DNA of 63,170 bases, counting the filler, from Globobulimina sp. (Eukaryota), in the NCBI GenBank assembly GCA_003354225.1. It is 29 parts of 29 records of this genome, joined end to end, with 100 filler letters (N's around TTAATTAATTAA, not from the genome) between each part and the next. Parts side by side here need not be neighbours in the genome. Positions count along the whole stretch, not along the records: positions 45,830 to 47,910 come from PIVH01009155.1; positions 48,011 to 50,090 come from PIVH01009156.1; positions 50,191 to 52,270 come from PIVH01009157.1; positions 52,371 to 54,450 come from PIVH01009158.1; positions 54,551 to 56,630 come from PIVH01009159.1; positions 56,731 to 58,810 come from PIVH01009160.1; 23 more parts are not named here. One strand, written 5' to 3'. How positions within the stretch are numbered: the first letter of the stretch is position 1; each line of letters opens with the position of its first letter. The translations under genes were made by a program, and so were the position numbers. Of the stretch, positions 45,830 to 57,112 are shown one piece after another. The notes beneath the pieces were generated by a model. It ran no database searches and was not told where the DNA came from. It was given only the letters and a program-made list of their open reading frames with translations.

Positions 45830-47248
45830 AAAGAAAAAGAGATAATTCGATTTAAAATGTTTAATAATTTCTATTATTGGAAAGAATATAAAAATAAACA
45901 AGAATTTGATAGCAATAATGCAGGATATAAATATTGTGATTTATATGTTTTTGGTAAATATTCAAATTTAAAAGATGAGATATTGAATAACGAAATATTT
46001 AAATTAAGAACAAATGGAATAAATAAATGGAACAAAATAAGATTTAAAGCAATAATATATTTAAAAACATTTGAATTTCAAAATAATTACAAGTCAAAAG
46101 AATGGAATTATGGAATACCAAAAAATGCAAAATTAAATATTCAATACCTAATATCATTGATTTTATATTGTGATTTTACAAAATTATCTGCACGATTTAG
46201 AGAAACATATATTCCGCAACATTCAAAAGAAACTTTATGTGAAATCAAAAAAAGACATGAAAATTATTATTGGCTTGCAAAAAATTTAACTATTTTGGTT
46301 CAATTATTTGGTAATACGCTCGATTGCCATTGTAATGATGCTGATAAATATTTTTATCATTCGATAAATATTCCAATTTCATTCAATTCAATTATTTGTA
46401 GATTCAATCATTTATATTCAATGACATCATCAATCGAAGTCGCTGCTGCTTTCTCAGTGAAAAATGGTATTTTAATAAAATTAAAATCGTATAATTGTAA
46501 ACATAATTATTTTAATTTAAATTTAATCAGTTCGTTTAGCAGTGAATCGGAGAAATTATTCATAGGATATGATAATAATATTAATCTACAAATTTATGAT
46601 ATTATTTTATGTTCAAATGGTAACAAATATTTTGAATATTTGGCGGCATTAAATATATTTATGAGTGCAATGAATGGTGAAACAAATCAAGAAATGAATG
46701 TTTTTAAAAAAATAAAAAAAATAATAAAATCAATAATTAATGATGAAATGAATAAATTTGATAAATATTTTGTGTCAATTTTAGAGAGATACAAATTGCG
46801 CAAAGAAATTGTAATTATTGATTTATATTTGATGAAAAAAAAGCATATTTATTCGTTTATGTCTGGTTATTTTTTATCATCGTCAACATCTTCTTCACTT
46901 AAATATGTCATTAAATTACATATTTTATCAAATTTATTTAAAAATTTAAAAAAGATTATTATTACAAATGGTTCCGGTTATAATCATAATCATATTGTCA
47001 TTTCACAGCATTATTTAACGTATATTTTATCTTCGTTATTATCATTGATACCAAATTCATTGAAGAAATTGAAACAAATTAAAATGAGAAACGTAAAATG
47101 TGTAAAGAATAATAAACAAACAATAAATGGTTTAATTCAGCAATTTAAACCAAAATATAAATCACAAATTGGATTCCATCTTTACACAGAAAACATATTA
47201 TTCCAAAATACTCAATATTACACTTTATTTCTTGTTAAAACAAGCTAG
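45830..47248 (+). CDS. Hypothetical protein with ADP-ribosyltransferase-like motif spacing
   Basis: ILYCD...FRETY, FYH, SMTSSIEVAAAF, GILI and ESEKLF (H/R-S-ExE arrangement). Confidence 0.5.
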   Translation, partial: KEKEIIRFKMFNNFYYWKEYKNKQEFDSNNAGYKYCDLYVFGKYSNLKDEILNNEIFKLRTNGINKWNKIRFKAIIYLKTFEFQNNYKSKEWNYGIPKNAKLNIQYLISLILYCDFTKLSARFRETYIPQHSKETLCEIKKRHENYYWLAKNLTILVQLFGNTLDCHCNDADKYFYHSINIPISFNSIICRFNHLYSMTSSIEVAAAFSVKNGILIKLKSYNCKHNYFNLNLISSFSSESEKLFIGYDNNINLQIYDIILCSNGNKYFEYLAALNIFMSAMNGETNQEMNVFKKIKKIIKSIINDEMNKFDKYFVSILERYKLRKEIVIIDLYLMKKKHIYSFMSGYFLSSSTSSSLKYVIKLHILSNLFKNLKKIIITNGSGYNHNHIVISQHYLTYILSSLLSLIPNSLKKLKQIKMRNVKCVKNNKQTINGLIQQFKPKYKSQIGFHLYTENILFQNTQYYTLFLVKTS

Positions 47249-47482
47249 AAATAAACTTTCCAATCCGTGTGTCCAGCGTCAGATTACTGAGAAACTCTAG
47301 TTTTTGCATAAGATTTGTGTACAGTTTGTATAAGATTTGCCACAGTACAAACACACAAAAAAATACTCTGCCGTTGCAAACCGGCCCGGATGCTTTTTTT
47401 ACAATTGCCCTTTTTTTTTAATCAACCCTGGCCATTTTGTAGGAGGCCAAAAGTCAAATTATTACACAGAAAAAATTGAAAA

Positions 47483-47711
47483 ATGACAGAGTTAATGTTG
47501 TCAACCATGATCACAGAACAAGAAAGTTCAAAAGATACCGAAGTAAATAAAGCACCTGAGCTTAAAAGGAAAGTAACAAGTTATCATCCAAAGAAAAGGG
47601 GTGATACTCCATGTTGGCTATCATTAGAACTGCGTTTAGATGATTTTGATATTAAACATCAAACATTTACCATCTCAGGATGGATTAATGTATTTTGGGT
47701 TTGGCATAAAG
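47483..47711 (+). CDS. First exon of Cys-loop (pentameric) ligand-gated ion channel-like protein
   Basis: LRLDDFDIKHQTFTISGWINVFW resembles pLGIC beta1-beta2. GT donor at 47712. Confidence 0.5.
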
Positions 47712-47733
47712 GTATTATTTTTGCTATATATTA

Positions 47734-47902
47734 GGCAGTATTCATAAATGAACAGTCATACGCGTGGCTGTACAATATATACAACAAAAACAATATATAC
47801 AACAATTTGGTGCTTTTCATGTAGTTTGTTAAATTTTGTTGTATATATTCAGAATCATTTGTGTACAGCCACGTGTAGGACTGTTTATTTATGAATACTG
47901 CC
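47734..47902. mobile_element. Intronic MITE with ~41-bp TIRs
   Basis: GGCAGTATTCATAAATGAACAGTCATACGCGTGGCTGTACA versus TGTACAGCCACGTGTAGGACTGTTTATTTATGAATACTGCC. Confidence 0.8.
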
Positions 47903-48010
47903 AATATACCNNNNNNNNNNNNNNNNNNNNNNNNNNNNNNNNNNNNNNNNNNNNTTAATTAATTAANNNNNNNNNNNNNNNNNNNNNNNNNNNNNNNNNN
48001 NNNNNNNNNN

Positions 48011-48559
48011 TCGCTTCCTTATTTCAAGACAAGTTTTCGTAACTTAATTGTTCCAGATATTGGTAAAGGTTTTACAGGAACACAAGTTAAAAGCTTATTA
48101 TCGAGTGGAATCACAGTCTGTGGTACAAACAGAACGCGTAACGGTGTAATCCTAGGTGAGGCTGTAACTACATACAAGACAGACTCTGCAGGCAATCCAG
48201 ACCCTAGCTTTAAGTTCCTCAACTATGTCGACACGTCATCACAAGCACGTGAGTACATGTGGAACAACATGAAGGCTGAATTTGCTAAATCACGTTTGAC
48301 CAATGGTGATGTTCTTGCAAACCGTAGTATGCAGAATGAAAATACAATAAGAACCGTGCTCGTTGGCTACTATAAAGTGCTTTCTGGTGCAGATTTTGTA
48401 CTATTACAAGCCGGCGAACCATATTTGCAGTTTTTTAAATCAAATTTAAGTGTTACAATAGATTTGGTAGCCGGTGAAGCAATCTTAACTATGAAAACTC
48501 CACTAGTTACGCAATTACGTACTGTGATAGCTACAATGCAACTTGCATTTGATATTTAA
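48011..48559 (+). CDS. Phage tail sheath protein (Mu gpL-like), C-terminal part
   Basis: AVTTYKTDSAGNPDPSFKFLNYVDT...SRL...QLRTV. Confidence 0.8.
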   Translation, partial: SLPYFKTSFRNLIVPDIGKGFTGTQVKSLLSSGITVCGTNRTRNGVILGEAVTTYKTDSAGNPDPSFKFLNYVDTSSQAREYMWNNMKAEFAKSRLTNGDVLANRSMQNENTIRTVLVGYYKVLSGADFVLLQAGEPYLQFFKSNLSVTIDLVAGEAILTMKTPLVTQLRTVIATMQLAFDI

Positions 48560-48569
48560 GGAATGAACA

Positions 48570-48950
48570 ATGGGTAAAGTATTAAGTAATCCAACGGTTG
48601 TTATTAACAACACTCCAGCGGCTATCATTCCAAATTCATTTGAGTTTGATGAAGGTCAAGGTGAACAAAAGATACGAGTTGAATCTGCAGGCGGCGGAGC
48701 GTTAAAGCAAGTATTATCAGACGACGTTGAAATGAAAGTCGGTGGTTTTAAATTTGAAATGTTGAACACTGATGTTAATATTGAGAATGCACGTCAGTGG
48801 AAACTCAACAGTAATTTAAACACAGTATCAGTAAGCGAAGGCACATTCAACCGAACGTTCATTGGGTCTGCATTAACCAACAATTACAAAGTTGGTCTAG
48901 CTGCAGATGGTACCCTTTCTCTTGAATGGCAATCTGAGCAACCGGCGTAA
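48570..48950 (+). CDS. Phage tail tube protein
   Basis: 126-aa beta-rich protein directly after the sheath, ending in DGTLSLEW. Confidence 0.7.
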   Translation: MGKVLSNPTVVINNTPAAIIPNSFEFDEGQGEQKIRVESAGGGALKQVLSDDVEMKVGGFKFEMLNTDVNIENARQWKLNSNLNTVSVSEGTFNRTFIGSALTNNYKVGLAADGTLSLEWQSEQPA

Positions 48951-48961
48951 TAACCAAAGTG

Positions 48962-48990
48962 ACCGGAGCAATCCGGTTTGCTTACTTTTA
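48962..48990 (+). terminator. Putative intrinsic terminator/attenuator after the tube gene
   Basis: Stem ACCGGA-GCAA-TCCGGT followed by TTGCTTACTTTT. Confidence 0.5.
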
Positions 48991-49013
48991 AATATAACAA
49001 ATGGGAAACAATA

Positions 49014-49651
49014 ATGACAAACAACAAACCACGTATTCAAGAAATGGAAGTTACAATTCAAGACGCAATCCGCGTTGCAACTAAAGGTTCCGAAGTTGAA
49101 TGTAGCACAATTCTGATTAAAGCTCCGTCAGCGAAAAATCGACGTGAAGCATTTGGTATGAAACAAATATTTTCACGCGCAGTTGCATCAATGACTGCAT
49201 CAATGACACCTGAACAAATTGAAGCATCTCAACTTGCTGCAAAACCTATAAATGGAAAAAAACAAGAAGGAAATAGTGGTACAGATATCATATCAATGAT
49301 TCTAGCTTCAAATGAAAATTTTGATGCGTTCAATGACCAATTTCAAAAACTCATATGTCACGGTTGTGCTTTCCTTAGTGGCGAACCAATGAACATGTAT
49401 CTGTACGAGCAACTCAGTCTTGACGATGCTGAACATTTGCTTGCTGAGTACTTAGAACATTTTTTAATGAAATCCCTGATTCAGTAGCAGCCTGGGATAA
49501 CCTAGAGCTACTAATTTCTGAATTGGCTTATTTCTATCAGGGCGGTTATTCCGGCGAATACTTGGAGTCAATTCCTTTACCAAAACTACAATCGCTGAAA
49601 GAGCATGCAAGTAAAATAAGCCAAAAATTAAAATCTGAAATGAAAAAATAA
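49014..49651 (+). CDS. Tail assembly chaperone (G, stop 49487) with -1 frameshift extension (GT, stop 49651)
   Basis: T TTT TTA slippery heptamer at 49460-49466. The -1 frame is open to TAA 49649-49651, just before the tape measure gene. Confidence 0.8.
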
Positions 49652-49660
49652 GGCTTATTT

Positions 49661-50090
49661 ATGGCGTTTAGTATTTCCTATCAATTTATAGCACATGACC
49701 TGTTCACGCGAGTATCATCTAGAATGGTGAGCTCGCTGAATCGAATAAACGATTCCTTACGACGAACCCACCAAGCATCTCAATCTGTAGCACGTTCTTT
49801 TGAGCACATACGCAGTGTTGGCTCTCAAGCTTTCGTTGGCTTAACTCTACCTCTAATGGGTATAACAGCTTTTGGTTTCAAAGCAGCAGCTGCGTTGGAG
49901 AGGTTGCAGGTCACCATAAGTAGTGCCACAGGTTCCACTCAGATGGGACATGAGATGCTTCAAAAATTCATAAAATTTGCTGCTACAACACCATTCCAAA
50001 TTGAAGGTGTCGCCGAAACAGGTAAAATGCTACTAGGCTTTGGCATCAGTACAAAAGAAGTAATGGGTACCATGAGAATGCTCGGTGACA
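49661..50090 (+). CDS. Phage tail tape measure protein, N-terminal part
   Basis: GLTLPL...FAATTPFQIEGV...LLGFG...LGD, a typical tape-measure domain. Confidence 0.88.
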
Positions 50091-50190
50091 NNNNNNNNNN
50101 NNNNNNNNNNNNNNNNNNNNNNNNNNNNNNNNNNTTAATTAATTAANNNNNNNNNNNNNNNNNNNNNNNNNNNNNNNNNNNNNNNNNNNN

Positions 50191-52270
50191 GTACATCCAT
50201 CCCCTCCCAATACGTATACCAAATCCGATGGATATTTCCCACCGTTAATTGAAGCGAATAAAGACACATTGAAAATGTCGCAGTATCCCGTATACAAACC
50301 AATCAATAACAAATATTCGCGAAATACTGAACAAAAAAGCAAAGATCCAGGGCCTATATCAAAAGAAGAAAAGCAAGAGATTAATGCAGACAGATTGAGA
50401 ACTATCAAGCGTACCGGGGCCTGCGTTGAATATGAAGTTAAAAAGAATGGTGATTGGTGGGATAAGAGATTTGAAAAAGTTGATTTAAAACAAACCGCCG
50501 ATGACTTACAAGAATATAAAGTGACATGGGACGACGTGAATATCTGTAAGATTAGCAATATGAATGTCTCACCAAATTCATTATATGTTAACTGCGCAGT
50601 ATCTGTATTTCAGGATTTGATCGTTGGGAAATACCCGGATTATGAGAGAGCGATTTCGATTATTTATCAGTGCGCAGAAATGGATCATCCCATCCATAGA
50701 TTAGTAATATATGAATTGATCCCAACTACGGAGGTAATAAATAATAAAACGATTTTAAGACTAACTCCGATTTGCGGTTCCCGCACAGAGGAAATATTAA
50801 TGGATTTAAATTGGGATATCCCATACCCACAGTATAAAAGAAATGCGATTCAGATCAATTACATCGGTAAAAAAGTAGAGTGGAGACCGGTGAATATGGG
50901 TATCTTCAATATACCGATCAGTATATTGCATAATAATTCGTTGCCACGCATATTAAATCATAAATTTACAGCGATCATCAATAAAACCTGCCTGTTATAC
51001 GTCGTAATCAATGCAATGAAAAACGACTACGATGTCCGCAAAATTGATTATAAAATGCTGATGTTTCAATTAATAAAGCCGTATGAAATTAAGATTGAAC
51101 GAATGAATGAAATACATACGGAATTTCGCAGAATGACATCAAAAAAAGAGCCGATGAATGAAGACAAAAGCAACAGTCCGAGCATTGAAAGCGATGGCAA
51201 CCAAACAGAAGAAGACCAATGGTATGATAATAAAATGAATGAAATCAATCGAAAATATGCGAGTTTGGTGCAGTTAATTGAAAAATCGATGATTAAAAAG
51301 TCCGATATCATCGACACAAACAGAATCGCAGTGAGACGCTTCTGTCGATCCACATTATATCATTTACAGAATGAAACGGGCAGCGATTTGCCAATACCAA
51401 CATGGATAGACTCGGACAGTTGGTTTAAAATGCTCCGGCTGATAATATCCGATAATTGCATCCAAAACATCGGCAGGGCCCAGAGAACAGACTTAGAATA
51501 TGATGGAAAGAACGTTTATTTGACACCAATCACTGTGATTGGAATCAATCCAAAATTAATCGTCGGAGACGCTGAATTAGGTTTCCCTGCAATGAAAGTC
51601 CGATTAGGCACATTAATCAAATATTTAGTATTGGTTCAGAATGATTTTTATACGGATTATATGCTGACAACAGGAACCTGTGCGTGCGGTAAAAAAGCCC
51701 CGGGCCACAATAACTGCCCTGAACAAGCAAAGTATTTGGCGAAGAAAATCAATTCCATAAAGCAGCGATACCATAAAGGCCGAATGACAAAGGATAAGAT
51801 GGAGGAAGATATTGCAGCGATAATTAAGATTAAATGTATTAAATGCGGTCATTGGGGGCATTTTGGCAGTGAATGTAGATGCAAAGACCAAAGCTGTTTA
51901 TGTTGCTATCGCTCGGACCACGGCCGGACTTTAAGTATTGTTAAATGTGATGATTCCAGATATTTACGTGCATTATTCAATAATTTATTGGATATTGTTA
52001 TTAATTTTATGGTGATTGATTATAAATGTATTGATCATTATAAATTAATTAATTGTATACCGAAAGATGGATTTGAATTAAAGCAAATATATAAAGATGA
52101 AATAGAAATTGCTGCCAATCAAAGAATTGAATTAAATGCAAGTAGCCAGAATATAGTAAATAACACGCAATCCTTCCTAGAGACTGCCGCATCGCAAGGA
52201 GACGAAATTGAAGTATTGAATAATAATAATAACAATGAAATATTTGACGCGGATCTATTTATGAATGATG
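50191..52270 (+). CDS. Gag/ORF1-like protein with zinc knuckles (probable retrotransposon)
   Basis: Intronless frame spanning the whole contig. CIKCGHWGHFGSEC (CCHC) is flanked by CACGKKAPGHNNC and CLCCYRSDH...C. Confidence 0.6.
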
Positions 52271-52459
52271 NNNNNNNNNNNNNNNNNNNNNNNNNNNNNN
52301 NNNNNNNNNNNNNNTTAATTAATTAANNNNNNNNNNNNNNNNNNNNNNNNNNNNNNNNNNNNNNNNNNNNTGGTACGGTTTATGCGCCCGATGAGGAAGA
52401 AAAATTAAAAAATGTGACGGACCTCACTGAACATTTGGGGATAAAAAACGCATTCGATC

Positions 52460-53392
52460 ATGATTGATTCACAAATAACAGTGACAGATACAACCACATT
52501 AGTTAATGATGATGCAGTTGGAACTGACTGTTCAATATTCAATGATTGCTGGACACGATGGAATAGTTATTCATTGATACTATGGCTGCAAATATTATTC
52601 TCTTTCATCTTTTCAAGCATCCAATTATCGAATGATGAGTATTCAAATACATATGAGGATGAATCATACGATCGACAATTATTATCATCGTGTTTTTTTC
52701 TCATCATTGCAGTTGTTTTGATATTTATCGAATTTGTTCGTCAAAAACAATTAAAAAAACAGCAAAATTTAAGATTGAGACAGATTGCATGTTTTTGTTT
52801 GGTTATTGGTGGATTATTAAGATTTGTAATGATACAAAATGAAATCTCAAATGTGTGTAATCCAATTAATAGCAATTCGGATCAGAAAAATCATTGTAAA
52901 ATAAGTGTTTATGGTATAAGATTGATTTATGTTTTTTTCCCTATTTTGTATGGAATTGATTTGTTGAAATGTGTGTATAATAATATTGAATTGAGGGTAT
53001 TTATAAATTCAATGATGATATTTATTGGTTTATTATTGTATAGCATCGGGCAGTTTTATTTTAAAGGACCAACATGGGTTAAAACAGAGGAAGAGAGAGT
53101 TGGAAGGACTGGATTATTATTTATTTTATTTTCATGTTTTATATTATGTGTTTATTCATTTATGTTGCGGACAAAACATTATATGCTTGCAAATATTAAT
53201 CAGTATTCAAATCTTTTGGTTATGCTTCGATATTTAGTATTTGTATTGCTATTTGTTGGTGTACCATTTGCATATTTTGCGTGGATTGATATTCATCCAA
53301 GTTATTCGTTGAATGCCTATCAAGGACCAAATACTGTGTGGGTTGGTCTCACCATAATGCTCGCTGTTGATGCATTGTCTCTCAATGCTTAA
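52460..53392 (+). CDS. Multi-pass membrane protein
   Basis: 310-aa ORF with about eight hydrophobic helices. Confidence 0.65.
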   Translation: MIDSQITVTDTTTLVNDDAVGTDCSIFNDCWTRWNSYSLILWLQILFSFIFSSIQLSNDEYSNTYEDESYDRQLLSSCFFLIIAVVLIFIEFVRQKQLKKQQNLRLRQIACFCLVIGGLLRFVMIQNEISNVCNPINSNSDQKNHCKISVYGIRLIYVFFPILYGIDLLKCVYNNIELRVFINSMMIFIGLLLYSIGQFYFKGPTWVKTEEERVGRTGLLFILFSCFILCVYSFMLRTKHYMLANINQYSNLLVMLRYLVFVLLFVGVPFAYFAWIDIHPSYSLNAYQGPNTVWVGLTIMLAVDALSLNA

Positions 53393-53500
53393 TATTAATC
53401 GTTCACAACATGACAGACTCACATAATTGATATATTTCAACAAAGCTTTTTTATCATACACTACGCTAGTGACTATAGTCGCAATTATATATAAAATTAA

Positions 53501-54421
53501 TTAACATTGTTGATTTTCAAAATATATTTTAATTTTACTGTTCCATTCTTCAATTTTTTCATTCAAATGAACATTCCATTTATTGTCATGCCTATTAATT
53601 TTACCATAATCAAAATTATGATTCCAAACTAATCCTTTCCCAACACACGACAAAATAGATTTAAATTGTGCAGCATCTCTGTAACCTTTACCAAATCGTT
53701 GTAAATTATCATTTAAATCACCAGAGGTGCACCATTCGACTAACTTAAACGTATCAACTGGTTTAATGTCAGCTTCACCACAAGGCGCTGAACAAATACG
53801 TATAACCCTATCTTTTCCCTCTGTATCAATATTTGTATACAGGTATTGTTGCGGGATTGAAAATTTTTTGCTAAGATAACCATCAACAACGTAATCGCCA
53901 TCATAATACCCAACACTTTTGAAAAATGGAACCATTCGCATACTACACAAGCTAGCATATATCATTTGTTTGACTGACGAAAAATTATTCAAGCAACGAT
54001 GCGTCCGACCACTTTTTCTCAACGCTGTCACACCAAAATAAAATGAAGCTTGCCCATATTTGGTATACTTAGCTGCCAATACGGCATCGTTAATACCAAA
54101 GGAATGGAGCTTATTCATAATTAGATTTAAAATATTTGAAGTTGACAGAAACATGAATTTTAATCGTCGACTATCGAATAATTTTTGCCACATTAATCCC
54201 ATATCAAATGCTTGCTCAATGGATAAATCTAAAAAAATAGTAGAAACTGCAGAGGCACCGCAAGAAATACCGGATAGACAAATATTTGAGGCAGTAATAT
54301 CAAAATGGTCTCGTAAACATGCAACTATTCCCGTATAATATGCCCACAGCATGCCAGCGCCAGTAAATGCAATTAAAGGACCTTTTGGTTTTGTCGTGGT
54401 TGTGTGACTTGTGTCAATCAT
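53501..54421 (-). CDS. Patatin-like phospholipase (PNPLA family)
   Basis: FTGAGMLWAY (oxyanion), GISCGA (GxSxG), S..VPF and VDG. Confidence 0.85.
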   Translation of the reverse strand: MIDTSHTTTTKPKGPLIAFTGAGMLWAYYTGIVACLRDHFDITASNICLSGISCGASAVSTIFLDLSIEQAFDMGLMWQKLFDSRRLKFMFLSTSNILNLIMNKLHSFGINDAVLAAKYTKYGQASFYFGVTALRKSGRTHRCLNNFSSVKQMIYASLCSMRMVPFFKSVGYYDGDYVVDGYLSKKFSIPQQYLYTNIDTEGKDRVIRICSAPCGEADIKPVDTFKLVEWCTSGDLNDNLQRFGKGYRDAAQFKSILSCVGKGLVWNHNFDYGKINRHDNKWNVHLNEKIEEWNSKIKIYFENQQC

Positions 54422-54550
54422 ATTGTTATATTTGGTGTTTTCGGCTCCAGNNNNNNNNNNNNNNNNNNNNNNNNNNNNNNNNNNNNNNNNNNNNTTAATT
54501 AATTAANNNNNNNNNNNNNNNNNNNNNNNNNNNNNNNNNNNNNNNNNNNN

Positions 54551-55971
54551 AATTGTTGCAATAATGAGTGTTTCTCTCTTTTTAATGCTTCATTTTCCAG
54601 TCGTAATTTAAGTAAAAATGCAGTTCCATTATCACTGCCATGCACATTCATATTCATATTCAAATCATTCCGAATGTGTCGTACATTTGCTTCAATATAA
54701 TTTTTTCTCATATCAGATCTATCAAAATTGCTTCTACGTATTCCGTAGTTACTGACTGGTTGAAAATGTCTTGATTTCCTATCAACTGCATACTCCTCCA
54801 TATAATTAGAATTATTTACCGGCACATTTATCTGTCGCGGCATATATACATTATCATCATCATCATCTTTATCATCAGCGGATTTATTGTCGTTGCATGA
54901 TGCTGACGTTGATAGTGGCTGTTTTCGCGATATTTTCGCATAAAATTCTGTATTAAAATAAGTGCCCGAAATAGTAGGCGTTGGGTCAAATTGTGGGTAT
55001 CCTTTGGCACGTTTTTCTTTGTCAAATTTAACACTGATTTTGAATTCATCCAAATTAATATCAGGCAGACGTCCATGAAACTGTGTAAATGCCTTTTTCA
55101 GTGCACTTTCGATATAAGCAATGCATCGTAGTCGCACCCGGCCGCATATCTTATCATTTGCACTTTGCTCCATCTCCTGTTTGTATGTCAAAAAAAGTGC
55201 CAACAATGAACATAGAAAACATATATCAAACAACTGACATCTTCTTTCCACTTAAAAATAACAATGTTGGCGTCCAAGTTCTTTAAATAACGCACTATTT
55301 TCGGGTTTTTGACCAAAGCGGTATTGATTATGATTGGTTTGCCTCTGGATTGGAAAAACGCAATTTCTGAGACTAATAAACTATAAATACAGGCGTAGGT
55401 TAAACATAATTGCAATAATTGTTGCAAATTGCTATTGTGTGGATATTGATGTTGAGCTAATTGCATATTGAATGTATTGCATTCTTCAAATATGGGAATG
55501 CTGAATTTATCATTTACAGTGTTTTTATATTGATCGATATAATTGCATGATTTATGGAAATATTTTTCCCAGCTTATGGTGGCTAAAATGTGGTTTCTGT
55601 CCTGAATTCCATCCCATTTTAATAAGGCGGTCTCATTCCAGCGTTCAATGATGCCATAAATAATGGCATCATAGTTTAATGTGAATGGTATATTGTTAGT
55701 ATCAAATAAATTGAATGTGTTATATACAATGGATATGGCAGATTTAATGGATAGTACAGCTGCAAATAATCGTTGCTTGTTGCTGATTTCGTTTCTTTCC
55801 TAACAAAAAGTGTTCAATTTTTGTATATATAATTATATAGAGAAACGAGGTAAATCAGTAAATGTATACCATTAGCTTTGCTTTCATGAGCGGTCGCCAT
55901 GACTTGCATTTATTGCCACGAGGAGGCACATGTTGGGTTGTTTTCTTCTTTCTCTTCTTCAGAGTGCTCAT
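54551..55971 (-). CDS. Hypothetical multi-exon protein, 3'-truncated
   Basis: Exon from ATG 55971 (MSTLKKRKKK...), GT-AG introns, long open exons and a coiled-coil end. Confidence 0.5.
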
Positions 55972-57112
55972 TCTCTGTGTATTGGCTGGAACGTATGAAA
56001 GGATGGTGAATTGAAGTAGTTTAGTAAGTAGATTTCTGAACTGTAACCATAAAGTGCCCGCGTGCTAAAAACTCAACGTTAGTATTCTCATGAGACTGTC
56101 CCATAATATAATGTAAAGATGTCCTATGCCAATATCCAATCAATGCGAAATCCTAAAAACTGTATCCGAATGATTCAGTTACTTTTTTCATCAAAAACAA
56201 TGGAGTCTGGATTAGCATAAGGATCCGATTTAAAATGCAGGGAATGCAGTTATGTTGCTGATGTTCAATATTTCAAGCATTTGGAGTTTGGACACAAAAA
56301 TGAAAAAACGAAAAAAATGGCGGATCAACATCCTTAAAACAAAAAAAAGGTCAAACTATTTATCGTGGATCAAAATTCAAAAGCGAACAGGAAAGATTTA
56401 TTTAACAATGAAAATCATATTTCATACAACACATTGAACACAATCATCAATCACATACAAGTAATGTGCCTAATTATTTTACATTTCCTAAATATTTCAT
56501 ACATTTTCCACTCCTCCAGTCTCAGCTGAAACGCTATGCATATTTCCAGCCCCATGCCCAGCTGTAACGGCCTGCATATTTGCAACCCCACCATTTCCTG
56601 GGACATATAATAAATTATCATCCGAATCAGNNNNNNNNNNNNNNNNNNNNNNNNNNNNNNNNNNNNNNNNNNNNTTAATTAATTAANNNNNNNNNNNNNN
56701 NNNNNNNNNNNNNNNNNNNNNNNNNNNNNNCATTTATTTTATCATTTGATTTTAGAAAAGATTGTTTGCAAATATATCATAACAACAATATTGCAGATAA
56801 AATATCTTTGAATGGAGATAAAAAAATCATTTTTGGAGTCTCATTGTGTGGCAAAGATGATACAATAGAAATATTGCATTGTCAATTCAGATAATAACGG
56901 CATGGATTGTATTTTACGCTTGATTTACGTCAATCACTGCCGTTGAACTTGCAAGTTTTTGCCTTTTTAATTATGTATATATATTAGTAATATTAATAAC
57001 CTATAAACGATTGAAAAAATACAACCAAATGTGTTTTTATTATGGAAGGAGCCATGTTTGTTTAGTGAATCCCAAAACTTTTTTTGCTGTGATCCAGTCC
57101 CTAAACAAAATA

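Larger units (their letters stand above)
48011..50090 (+). mobile_element. Contractile-tail phage/prophage tail module
   Basis: Intronless operon: sheath, tube, tail assembly chaperone and tape measure, with purine-rich RBS-like spacers. Confidence 0.85.
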
